A stretch of DNA of 64,000 bases from a virus. Shown here in pieces: positions 57,054 to 64,000 of this stretch (its first letter is position 1; every line of letters begins with the position of its first letter). Made by a program: the position numbers and the translations under genes. The stretch spans positions 817-64,816 of IMG/VR virus record IMGVR_UViG_3300009999_000003; one strand, written 5' to 3'. The notes under the pieces were generated by a model, which was not told the origin of the DNA, searched no databases, and worked only from the letters and a program-made list of their open reading frames with translations.

Positions 57054-57088
57054 TTGACTTTGCTTTTCTACTGTAATACTATATAAGT
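57054..57088 (+). promoter_or_regulatory. sigmaA promoter overlapped by 19-bp operator variant
   Basis: TTGACT-17-TACTAT; ACTGTAATACTATATAAGT 57070-57088. Confidence 0.65.
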
Positions 57089-57102
57089 AGTTAAGAGAGG
57101 GG

Positions 57103-57744
57103 ATGTTTTACTTGAATCAATTTCAAAACTTTGTGAATCCTACTGCAAAAGAGCTGAGAAAGATTATTGCTTCGGGAGGAGAACCACTTATCAATTACGA
57201 GATCACTAAAGAAGAGATCTTGAGTCAGAACTTTGAAGGAATTGACAACTTGATGAATACGGCTAATCAGGTCGGTAAAGGGTTGTATGATTCAATTCTT
57301 TTAATGTGTGGTGGATACGATGATGTTGCGGACGAACTGTATGAGATTCCAGAGGTGAAAGCCTATGTGAAGGTGATGTTTAAGAAGTATCCTCATATCC
57401 TTTACTACATCAGTCGTCGTCTTGATGGAGACCAATGGTTATTGACTAGCCTGTCGGACTCAATGGAGCTTACGAATAGAGAGCGATTGTCTGCGATTGA
57501 AATAAGTGAGAAGTATCCTAATTACGATGATGCTCCTGAAACACTTGTTCAACTCACGCTTCCAAAAGAAGAGTTGGTGTCAATGTTGAAAGGAATCATT
57601 GCTCACGGTAGAAAGCAGAAGGACACTAGAAGAGCTAAGAAACTGGCAATTCAATATGCTACTGTCTTCTCAAATACGAATGACACACTGAAAGCATTAA
57701 AGATTACTGAAGAAGAGCTTCGTGAATTCGGCTTTATCAAGTAA
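57103..57744 (+). CDS. DUF1817/CRR6-like protein
   Basis: GYDD...ELYEIPEV..Y motif. Confidence 0.6.
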   Translation: MFYLNQFQNFVNPTAKELRKIIASGGEPLINYEITKEEILSQNFEGIDNLMNTANQVGKGLYDSILLMCGGYDDVADELYEIPEVKAYVKVMFKKYPHILYYISRRLDGDQWLLTSLSDSMELTNRERLSAIEISEKYPNYDDAPETLVQLTLPKEELVSMLKGIIAHGRKQKDTRRAKKLAIQYATVFSNTNDTLKALKITEEELREFGFIK

Positions 57745-57782
57745 AATAAAGTGAATTCAATTATAAAGGGGAAATGATCTAG

Positions 57783-58154
57783 ATGTTTATTTGGGGGCAT
57801 TCACAACAAGAAGGTTGGTTTTACACAAATAAGTGGCACTACTATCAACAGAGACGAGGCAATGTCTCCTCATATGTTGAACGCATGATGGGGTTCTACA
57901 GAGTACATGTGACATATAGCGGAAGACTTGATATGTGTGACATTGAGATTCGTAAAGAAGACTTGTCAGAGGCGTTCAAGATTGCAGAAGAATATCTAGA
58001 GAAGTACCAAGACGTCGAAAGCAAGTCGATCTTACAGCAGGATTACTACAGTCCTCACAATCCATACGGTTGGTGGAGACTTTACCAAGAGTACAAGGAT
58101 AGCGGAAAGCCTTGGCGTGGATACGATTATATTGACGGGAGACAAGCCGAATGA
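57783..58154 (+). CDS. Hypothetical protein
   Basis: 123 aa, AGGGG RBS. Confidence 0.7.
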   Translation: MFIWGHSQQEGWFYTNKWHYYQQRRGNVSSYVERMMGFYRVHVTYSGRLDMCDIEIRKEDLSEAFKIAEEYLEKYQDVESKSILQQDYYSPHNPYGWWRLYQEYKDSGKPWRGYDYIDGRQAE

Positions 58155-58594
58155 CAACGATTCGATATGACGAAGCTTATAAAATGGTATCAGATGAGCT
58201 GAGCAGGGTGATGGGCAGACTCTCAGCTCTCGGTGCCAATGGAGACAACATCTCTTACAATGATGAGAATATGGATGAAGATCTTATCCAATCAGAGCTA
58301 AAGAATGCTCTCGAAGAATTAGAGAATGTAAAGTATCGGATTGAATACCTCAACAAGCCTGTCATTGAGCATGGGACGCTGTCTAAGGGCGAAGATGGGA
58401 AGTATCAAATCAAAGAGGGCGGAGCCAAGCTTAGCTCAGGATTTACTTGCGAGATACTTTATCGATCAGATGCATATGATGAACCATATTGGTTGATTAC
58501 TTCGGTTGAGTTTGATCATGTTACGGGAGATTACTATTCGACTGAGCTTGGACGAGGATATCAACTCGAAGGCGCATACATTCGAATTAGATAA
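58151..58594 (+). CDS. DUF5348-like protein
   Basis: Coiled coil then G.L....G.Y...LSSG..EIL..W..T.VE. Confidence 0.6.
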   Translation: MTTIRYDEAYKMVSDELSRVMGRLSALGANGDNISYNDENMDEDLIQSELKNALEELENVKYRIEYLNKPVIEHGTLSKGEDGKYQIKEGGAKLSSGFTCEILYRSDAYDEPYWLITSVEFDHVTGDYYSTELGRGYQLEGAYIRIR

Positions 58595-58609
58595 GAGAGG
58601 GTTTTAGGG

Positions 58610-58882
58610 ATGACGCAGAACACATGGGGTTTAATTATCACTAAGGTTGAAGAGGATTCGTTTAAAGCACTTCTCTCGCTGAACATTGGAGACGAGGATC
58701 GGACACGAACGCTTTTCGAAACCATTAAGGAAGATTTTATCGAAAATACGGGTGATCCAGAATGTGTTCTTGATCTTGTCAATGAGCATGATGAATATGT
58801 CACTGACTACGCAATCACTCTTCAGGATGCCATTGAGATTGCCAGTATCTTAGGACGACCAATCGGATTAAGACCTGTATAA
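58610..58882 (+). CDS. Hypothetical protein
   Basis: 90 aa, GAGGG RBS. Confidence 0.7.
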   Translation: MTQNTWGLIITKVEEDSFKALLSLNIGDEDRTRTLFETIKEDFIENTGDPECVLDLVNEHDEYVTDYAITLQDAIEIASILGRPIGLRPV

Positions 58883-58920
58883 CACTAGCGTTGCTGATTT
58901 CGTATTCTTGATCAAACTGT

Positions 58921-58942
58921 TAATGAAACCACTGTTTTATTA
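58921..58942 (+). repeat. TAATGAAA-N6-TTTTATTA site, copy 3
   Basis: TAATGAAA CCACTG TTTTATTA inside a larger inverted repeat 58890-58977. Confidence 0.7.
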
Positions 58943-59005
58943 GCCAAAAATGTAAGCTCGGTACGGAGTTCAGCGACCAGAAAATAAAAGGAGTAGTCGA
59001 TAAAC

Positions 59006-59362
59006 ATGAAAGCTTTAACTAGTCTAGAAGAAATCATTGGTAAAACTATCATATTTCAAGAGAAAGTTTATGGCGAGGACAAGAACTACATCCTTCTAAT
59101 AACTTCTGAAAAAGAGCTGTTCGCCTTCAAACCGAAAAATAGTGGCTTCGAAGATCTTGACATTAAAATGCTCGATTTCTATGAAATAAAGGATTTAATC
59201 TTGGAGTATGACAAAACTGCAAGCCGAGTCAGAAAGCTTTATCCGGAAATCTTTGAGAACTTCGAGGACGAAGTTGCTGAGATTCGAAAAGAGAAGAAGC
59301 GAAAAGCAGACTACGAATTATATCAAAAACTGAAGAAGCAGTTTGAGGAAGAGGAGGATTGA
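59006..59362 (+). CDS. Hypothetical protein
   Basis: 118 aa, AAGGAG RBS. Confidence 0.7.
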   Translation: MKALTSLEEIIGKTIIFQEKVYGEDKNYILLITSEKELFAFKPKNSGFEDLDIKMLDFYEIKDLILEYDKTASRVRKLYPEIFENFEDEVAEIRKEKKRKADYELYQKLKKQFEEEED

Positions 59363-59363
59363 G

Positions 59364-59558
59364 ATGGAGCTGAAGCAAAAAGGTGTAGCCGTATGCCCAT
59401 ACTGCGGACACGAAGAGAAGGACTATCAGGATTGGGCGGATCTCGAGGCAGAGGAGTCGGAGTTTACTCTGGTATGTTCGAATGAAAAGTGTCTCAAGGA
59501 GTTCAATGTAAAAATGGAGTTCATTCCGACATTCACAACAAGTAAAAAATTACCATAA
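59364..59558 (+). CDS. Small Zn-ribbon protein
   Basis: CPYC..C.x4.C; GGAGG RBS. Confidence 0.7.
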   Translation: MELKQKGVAVCPYCGHEEKDYQDWADLEAEESEFTLVCSNEKCLKEFNVKMEFIPTFTTSKKLP

Positions 59559-59651
59559 CGTATTATTTCCATTGATTCCTGAAATCGTATACACTAAACG
59601 CAAGAGAAGCGGTACATCCGTTCGCTTCCAACGATTTCAGGAGGAAATACA

Positions 59652-59837
59652 ATGTTATTTAAAGTGAAGTACAAAACGGAGATCCCTAATCCAAATCCAG
59701 AGATTCAAAATGTTTACGGAGTCCGCTTCGAAGAAAAAGAGGGCGTTGAGCTACCGCAAGGCGAAACTCTTTTTCTCTTCTGCGACAAGGGAAATTGGAA
59801 GTGGGACTACGCTTATCAATTTGACGTAGTAGAATAA
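59652..59837 (+). CDS. Hypothetical protein
   Basis: 61 aa, AGGAGG RBS within a hairpin. Confidence 0.7.
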   Translation: MLFKVKYKTEIPNPNPEIQNVYGVRFEEKEGVELPQGETLFLFCDKGNWKWDYAYQFDVVE

Positions 59838-59848
59838 CAACAAAGGAA

Positions 59849-60187
59849 GTGTTTACAGTGCCTCACAGGACAGAATTGTACGTCGTTGTCGGCAAGACAT
59901 CTCATGGAACATATAAAGAGACGATTACATCTCTGAGTGCAACCGATGAATCTGACAGCTTCTACATTACTCCTAGGCGTTGCATAGCCAAGGAATCAGT
60001 TGGCGAACTTCAAGGTGTACACGACTGTCTCCGGATGGTCGTGGTATCACGACAGGATATTAGATATGCTCAGCATAAAATACGGACGACGTTTCATCGG
60101 AAGCACGTCGAAATCATCAGGGACAGTCAAAGCATCCTTGAAGCGATCAAGGTGAAGCTTGATCGAGATAAAGAATACAGAGGTTAA
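59849..60187 (+). CDS. Hypothetical protein
   Basis: 112 aa; stop is the TAA of an 18-bp motif. Confidence 0.6.
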   Translation: MFTVPHRTELYVVVGKTSHGTYKETITSLSATDESDSFYITPRRCIAKESVGELQGVHDCLRMVVVSRQDIRYAQHKIRTTFHRKHVEIIRDSQSILEAIKVKLDRDKEYRG

Positions 60188-60196
60188 GCAAAAGTA

Positions 60197-60225
60197 TTGA
60201 CAATAAAATAGTGGATTGATATGAT
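60197..60225 (+). promoter_or_regulatory. sigmaA promoter of recD2 overlapping 18-bp motif
   Basis: TTGACA-17-TATGAT with TG; second motif at 60275. Confidence 0.8.
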
Positions 60226-60310
60226 ATGGCGTAGGCTCAAATAGAGTGTCAAACTCTATTTAGAAGCCTATAACTAAACAAAAGTATTGCAATTAAAAGG
60301 AGGATTTAAT

Positions 60311-62620
60311 ATGACAGTCGTAAAAGGAATCGCTCGTATGAAGCGAATCTTATTCCCAAAAGGAGTCAGATCGTCTCAAGGCGGATTCACAATTGCTACA
60401 TTCGAAGCTGTTAAGATCGAAGAGGGAGAGATTGAGCTACACAAAGAGTATAAGACATTTACCATTAAAGGAGACCTTCCGTCTCTAGATCCGAATACAG
60501 ACTATTACTTTAACATCGAAGAGGAAAGTCGTCATTCGACGTTTGGCGTCAGCTATAAGCCGTTATTCATGCGACAGAACGTTCAACTGGAGAAGTCAGA
60601 TAAGAAGTCGGTCGAGGCATTTCTTAGAACGTTTTTAACCGCTCGACAAGTCAAATCTCTGTTTGAGGCTTTTGATGATCCGATGTCGGTCATTGATAAT
60701 TCTGAGGCAGAGAAGCTCACAGAAGCCAAGGGTATTGGATTGCGCACTGCAGAGAAGATTATCAATAAATACGACGAGCAAAAGGACTACTCATTCGCTT
60801 ATATCGAACTGACGAAGTACGATATCTCACCGGACGTTATCCGGAAGATTTGTAAGTTCTATGGAAGTCCTGAACTTGCCGTACAGCGTGTATTGGAGAA
60901 TCCATATGATCTAAAGCGCTATGAAGGATATGGATTCAAGAAGTGTGATGAAATCTATGTCAAGACTGGTGGGGATCGAAATGCACCAATTCGAATCGAT
61001 GCCTTCCTGAGTCACTTCTTACAAGAAGAAGTAGATAAAGGTCACACTTGGACGTCTCCAATCGATGTTCTGAATGCAACGTTCACGTATATCCCGAACG
61101 CAGACAAGAATCTCGTAGGAGAAATCCTCTTAAAGAACCCTGATAAATACCTTCTCAGCTCAGATAAGAAGCGTGTATCATTACTATCGTATGTAAAGAC
61201 TGAAGCTGAAGTGGCAATGGAGCTTATTCGATTGAATCGCTCGACTTACAAGTTCCGCTATTCCAATTGGGAGATTATGATTGCCAAGATGGAAGAGGAG
61301 CAAGGGTGGGAATTCACCGATGAGCAGAAGAATGAAGCCATGGTCATGATGTTTGAGAACAACGTAAGCCTCCTACAAGGTTATGGTGGTACAGGTAAGA
61401 CAACCATCCTGAAAGCAGTCGTCGATGTATTGGAGAGCTATGGATACATCTATGCTCAGTGTGCGCTATCCGGAAAGGCATCGAATAACCTTGCTATTGT
61501 TACTGGGAAGGACGGTAGTACGATTCACCGACTTCTTGCTTACAACCATGAACTAAAGGACTTCAGTTACAATAAGAAGAACCCTCTTCCTTACGACATT
61601 ATTGTTGTCGATGAGATTTCCATGGTTGATGCTAACATTTTCGTATCTCTACTTCGTGCAATCCGCACCGGAGCAAAGCTGATCATGCTTGGAGATAGTC
61701 AGCAGTTGGAATCAATCGGAATCCCTATCATGGTACCAATGATTCAGTCAGGACTGATTGTCACTAAAACACTAACTCAGATTCACCGTCAGGCACAGAA
61801 ATCAGCCGTTGTAACGGATTCGATTGCCATTCGACAAGGTAAGAACCCTGTCAAAGAGAGTTCTGGTCGAATCATTCGGGGTGAACTTCAGGACTTGGAG
61901 TATCTATTAGTAGATGAAGATGAGGAGATCTTTGTGAATGTCGTCAAGGAGTTCTATAAGCATATTCAAACAGAAGACATTAAGGATGTTCAGATTCTCA
62001 CTCAGGTTCGAAACCGAGGCAATAACTCCTGTCTCTCGCTTAACCGAGCCTGTCAAAAGATATACAATCCGCAGGACGAGACTCGTCAGCAAGTAGAGAT
62101 GGGTAATAAAGAAAAGGGTACCGACTACATTCTTCGTGAAGGCGACAAGGTTATCAACGTCAAGAATAACTATAAGTCTGAAACGGAAGATGGAATCATT
62201 TCTCCAGTATTCAATGGTAGTATCGGGATCTTGGAATACTTCTCAAGCGATGACGACGGAAAGTATGCTCTTATCGACTTCGAGGGGATTGGGCGACTTA
62301 AGATTTACGAGGATTCACTTCGATCAATCGAACTGGCATACTGCATCACAGTGCATAAGAGTCAGGGATCATCGTCCAAGATTATCATCGTAGCCTTCCC
62401 GTTCCATTATCTGCTGAACAACCGACAAATCATCTACACAGCAATTACACGTACTCAGAAGCATTGTGTCGTTATCTGTACGAAGTCTACATTGCGATCG
62501 GCAATCAAGAAGGATGACGTAGCTAAGAAGCGGACGTATTTAACCGACTTATTAGTTCAGGTGAATATCGTTGAGGAAGCCAAATTGAAAAATAAACAAA
62601 GCGAAAGTATTGCAACTTAA
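60311..62620 (+). CDS. recD2: RecD2-like SF1B helicase
   Basis: HhH GIG..TA, GYGGTGKTT, TIHRLL, VDE.SMVD, GD..QL, QIHRQ, AY.ITVHKSQGS, YTAITR. Confidence 0.95.
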   Translation: MTVVKGIARMKRILFPKGVRSSQGGFTIATFEAVKIEEGEIELHKEYKTFTIKGDLPSLDPNTDYYFNIEEESRHSTFGVSYKPLFMRQNVQLEKSDKKSVEAFLRTFLTARQVKSLFEAFDDPMSVIDNSEAEKLTEAKGIGLRTAEKIINKYDEQKDYSFAYIELTKYDISPDVIRKICKFYGSPELAVQRVLENPYDLKRYEGYGFKKCDEIYVKTGGDRNAPIRIDAFLSHFLQEEVDKGHTWTSPIDVLNATFTYIPNADKNLVGEILLKNPDKYLLSSDKKRVSLLSYVKTEAEVAMELIRLNRSTYKFRYSNWEIMIAKMEEEQGWEFTDEQKNEAMVMMFENNVSLLQGYGGTGKTTILKAVVDVLESYGYIYAQCALSGKASNNLAIVTGKDGSTIHRLLAYNHELKDFSYNKKNPLPYDIIVVDEISMVDANIFVSLLRAIRTGAKLIMLGDSQQLESIGIPIMVPMIQSGLIVTKTLTQIHRQAQKSAVVTDSIAIRQGKNPVKESSGRIIRGELQDLEYLLVDEDEEIFVNVVKEFYKHIQTEDIKDVQILTQVRNRGNNSCLSLNRACQKIYNPQDETRQQVEMGNKEKGTDYILREGDKVINVKNNYKSETEDGIISPVFNGSIGILEYFSSDDDGKYALIDFEGIGRLKIYEDSLRSIELAYCITVHKSQGSSSKIIIVAFPFHYLLNNRQIIYTAITRTQKHCVVICTKSTLRSAIKKDDVAKKRTYLTDLLVQVNIVEEAKLKNKQSESIAT

Positions 62621-62638
62621 TACCAATGATGCTATAAT
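62610..62638 (+). promoter_or_regulatory. sigmaA promoter of nrdIE overlapping 18-bp motif
   Basis: TTGCAA-17-TATAAT with TG; second motif at 62673. Confidence 0.8.
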
Positions 62639-62706
62639 TTAAAGGTAATGTGATGAATTCAAAACCTCACGTTAAACGAAAGTATTGCAAAGGGAGAGTG
62701 CGAATT

Positions 62707-63087
62707 ATGATTGTTGCTTATGCATCATTGACTGGAAAGGTAAAGAGTTTTACCGAGAAGCTTCAAGTAGAAGTTCCGGAATTGAAGCTTGTTAAAATCA
62801 ACAGAGACACGACGATTAACGATCCGTTCATACTGATCACTTATACGTTTGGCTCCGGAGATATTCCTCGAGAAGTCCAAGGGTTCATGCAGAGATGCGG
62901 TGACAACATCATAGCTGTCGCAGGAAGCGGAGAGCGCAACTGGGGAACTCATAGATTCTGCAAGGCATCTATAGATATCTCAAATCAGTTCAACGTACCT
63001 TTGCTTCATACCTTCGAAAAGTCAGGTTTTGATTCCGATGTTGCTTTAGTAGCAACCAAAATCAAAGAACTATTGAAGGGAAGATGA
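62707..63087 (+). CDS. nrdI: Class Ib RNR flavodoxin NrdI
   Basis: YASLTG.V..F, TYT.G.G.IP, GSG.RNWG..F, FE.SG...D. Confidence 0.95.
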   Translation: MIVAYASLTGKVKSFTEKLQVEVPELKLVKINRDTTINDPFILITYTFGSGDIPREVQGFMQRCGDNIIAVAGSGERNWGTHRFCKASIDISNQFNVPLLHTFEKSGFDSDVALVATKIKELLKGR

Positions 63088-63090
63088 AGT

Positions 63091-64000
63091 TTGTCAAAAT
63101 GGATCGAGCTAAATAACGAAGTAAAAATTAAAGGTGAGGATGGTCAATTCCAATTCGAAAAGGATAAGGAAGCCGTAAAGACCTATTTCCTCGAGCATGT
63201 AAATAAGAATGTACAGTTCTTCCATGATCTCGAAGAGCGAATCAAGTACATGGTCAACAATGACTATTATGACAAAGAGCTGTTTGATAAGTACGAATTC
63301 AGTCAAGTTGAAGAGATCTTCAACATCTTGTATCAACACAAATTCCGCTTCCAATCATTCATGAGTGCATTCAAGTTCTATAATAACTACGCTCTCAAAA
63401 CAAATGATGGAGAGCGATTCTTGGAGCGGTACGAAGATCGATTAGCTGTCAATGCATTGTTCTTAGCAGATGGAGACTTTAATCTCGCTAAAAAGATTGC
63501 GGATCAGCTCATCAAACAGAATTATCAGCCTGCAACTCCTACATTCCTGAATGCCGGACGTTCACGGGCAGGTCGCTTAGTATCTTGTTTCCTACTCGAG
63601 ATGCCGGACAGTACAGAAGGGATCATGTATGTAAACGAAGCCGTTGCCCAATTATCACGTTTTGGCGGTGGAGTAGCAGTCAACCTTTCTAAGCTCCGTA
63701 GTCTTGGAGATGAGATCAAAGGTATTCAAGGAGCATCTACTTCTATCGTAGGTATTGCTAAAATCCTTGAGGACATCTTGTCTAAGTTTAATCAGCTTGG
63801 TCAGCGTGAAGGCGCAGGAGCGATCTACGTCAATGCATTCCACTCTGATTCAAAAGCAATCCTTGCTACGAAGCGGATTAATGCAGATGAGAAAGAGCGT
63901 CTTAAATCACTTTCAGTTGGTGTAATCATTCCGAGCAAGCTGTACGAATTAGCTGAAAACGGAGAAGAGTGGTTCTCATTCTATCCTTATACAGTCTTTA
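63091..64000 (+). CDS. nrdE: Class Ib ribonucleotide reductase alpha subunit (5' part, runs off window)
   Basis: TTG start; MSKWIELNNE, FQSFMSAFKFY, LERYEDR, QPATPTFLNAGR, VSCFLL, GGGVA, NQLGQR.GAG. Confidence 0.95.
   Translation, partial: MSKWIELNNEVKIKGEDGQFQFEKDKEAVKTYFLEHVNKNVQFFHDLEERIKYMVNNDYYDKELFDKYEFSQVEEIFNILYQHKFRFQSFMSAFKFYNNYALKTNDGERFLERYEDRLAVNALFLADGDFNLAKKIADQLIKQNYQPATPTFLNAGRSRAGRLVSCFLLEMPDSTEGIMYVNEAVAQLSRFGGGVAVNLSKLRSLGDEIKGIQGASTSIVGIAKILEDILSKFNQLGQREGAGAIYVNAFHSDSKAILATKRINADEKERLKSLSVGVIIPSKLYELAENGEEWFSFYPYTVF

Larger units (their letters stand above)
1440..62690 (+). repeat. Dispersed 18-bp motif TAAACAAAAGTATTGCAA (~35 copies), probable master-repressor operator
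   Basis: Copies near 1440, 1982, 3628, 7691, 10733, 11162, 19871, 19935, 20486, 21848, 22258(-), 24486, 26062, 27071, 29704, 29787, 31018, 32430, 33272, 34299, 37197, 37268, 42712, 44238, 46465, 48639(-), 48672, 50352, 53975, 54920, 56296, 60185, 60275, 62598, 62673. Confidence 0.9.
1..64000 (+). mobile_element. Segment of a large SPbeta-like Bacillus phage/prophage (early, regulatory, replication and nucleotide-metabolism modules)
   Basis: Dense co-oriented small genes; phage-type DnaE, DnaB, primase, ATP-dependent ligase, nrdIE; sigmaA promoters and strong Firmicute RBSs; gene order resembles SPbeta yop/yor regions; no host housekeeping operons. Confidence 0.9.

Noticed and set aside
1440..62690. 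18-bp repeats as a CRISPR array
   Set aside because: Dispersed at irregular kb-scale spacing with genes between; no repeat-spacer periodicity; the 45130 nuclease is a stand-alone RecB/Cas4-like gene
19847..62706. Extended N-termini in the ORF track (e.g. 19847, 24467, 33222, 34311, 50364, 60287, 62650) containing KQKYC/MQ
   Set aside because: Artefacts of reading through or starting at the TTG of the 18-bp motif; RBS-supported starts lie downstream
1..64000. Minus-strand ORFs from the track (e.g. 8826-9233, 11293-11712, 48155-48562, 51339-51851)
   Set aside because: Antisense shadows of well-supported + strand genes; no RBS or recognisable motifs
51264..64000. Inteins or group I introns in dnaE, recD2 or nrdE
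   Set aside because: Frames continuous and of normal length; no splicing or homing-endonuclease motifs in the visible part

Overview
A 64-kb segment of a large, probably temperate Bacillus-type (Firmicutes) phage related in organisation to SPbeta. All credible genes are on the + strand. Left to right: a ~1.5-kb non-coding, repeat-rich and structured region; an early/accessory region of mosaic small genes (Gp88-like, two ADP-ribosyltransferase-like proteins, Fic, XRE regulator, lipoproteins, a paralog array); a lysogeny-type module (tyrosine recombinase plus a catalytically degenerate MrpR/YopR-like recombinase-fold repressor); ATP-dependent DNA ligase; a coiled-coil/3D-domain gene pair joined by a -1 slippery site; a SLOG-Nampt-NMNAT-Nudix NAD operon; a PQ-loop transporter; replication genes (YorF-like, Sak4-like AAA, DnaB-like helicase, primase, RNase H, DnaE, RecD2); and nucleotide-metabolism genes (tdk, dNMP kinase, MazG, NDT-like, nrdI, start of nrdE). 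The most striking non-coding signals are ~35 copies of a polar 18-bp motif (TAAACAAAAGTATTGCAA), a second 19-bp palindromic operator, a 22-bp TAATGAAA-N6-TTTTATTA site, a ~600-nt structured leader with a boxA-like element, and three covarying RNA hairpins. All family assignments come from motif recognition by eye; no database searches were run.
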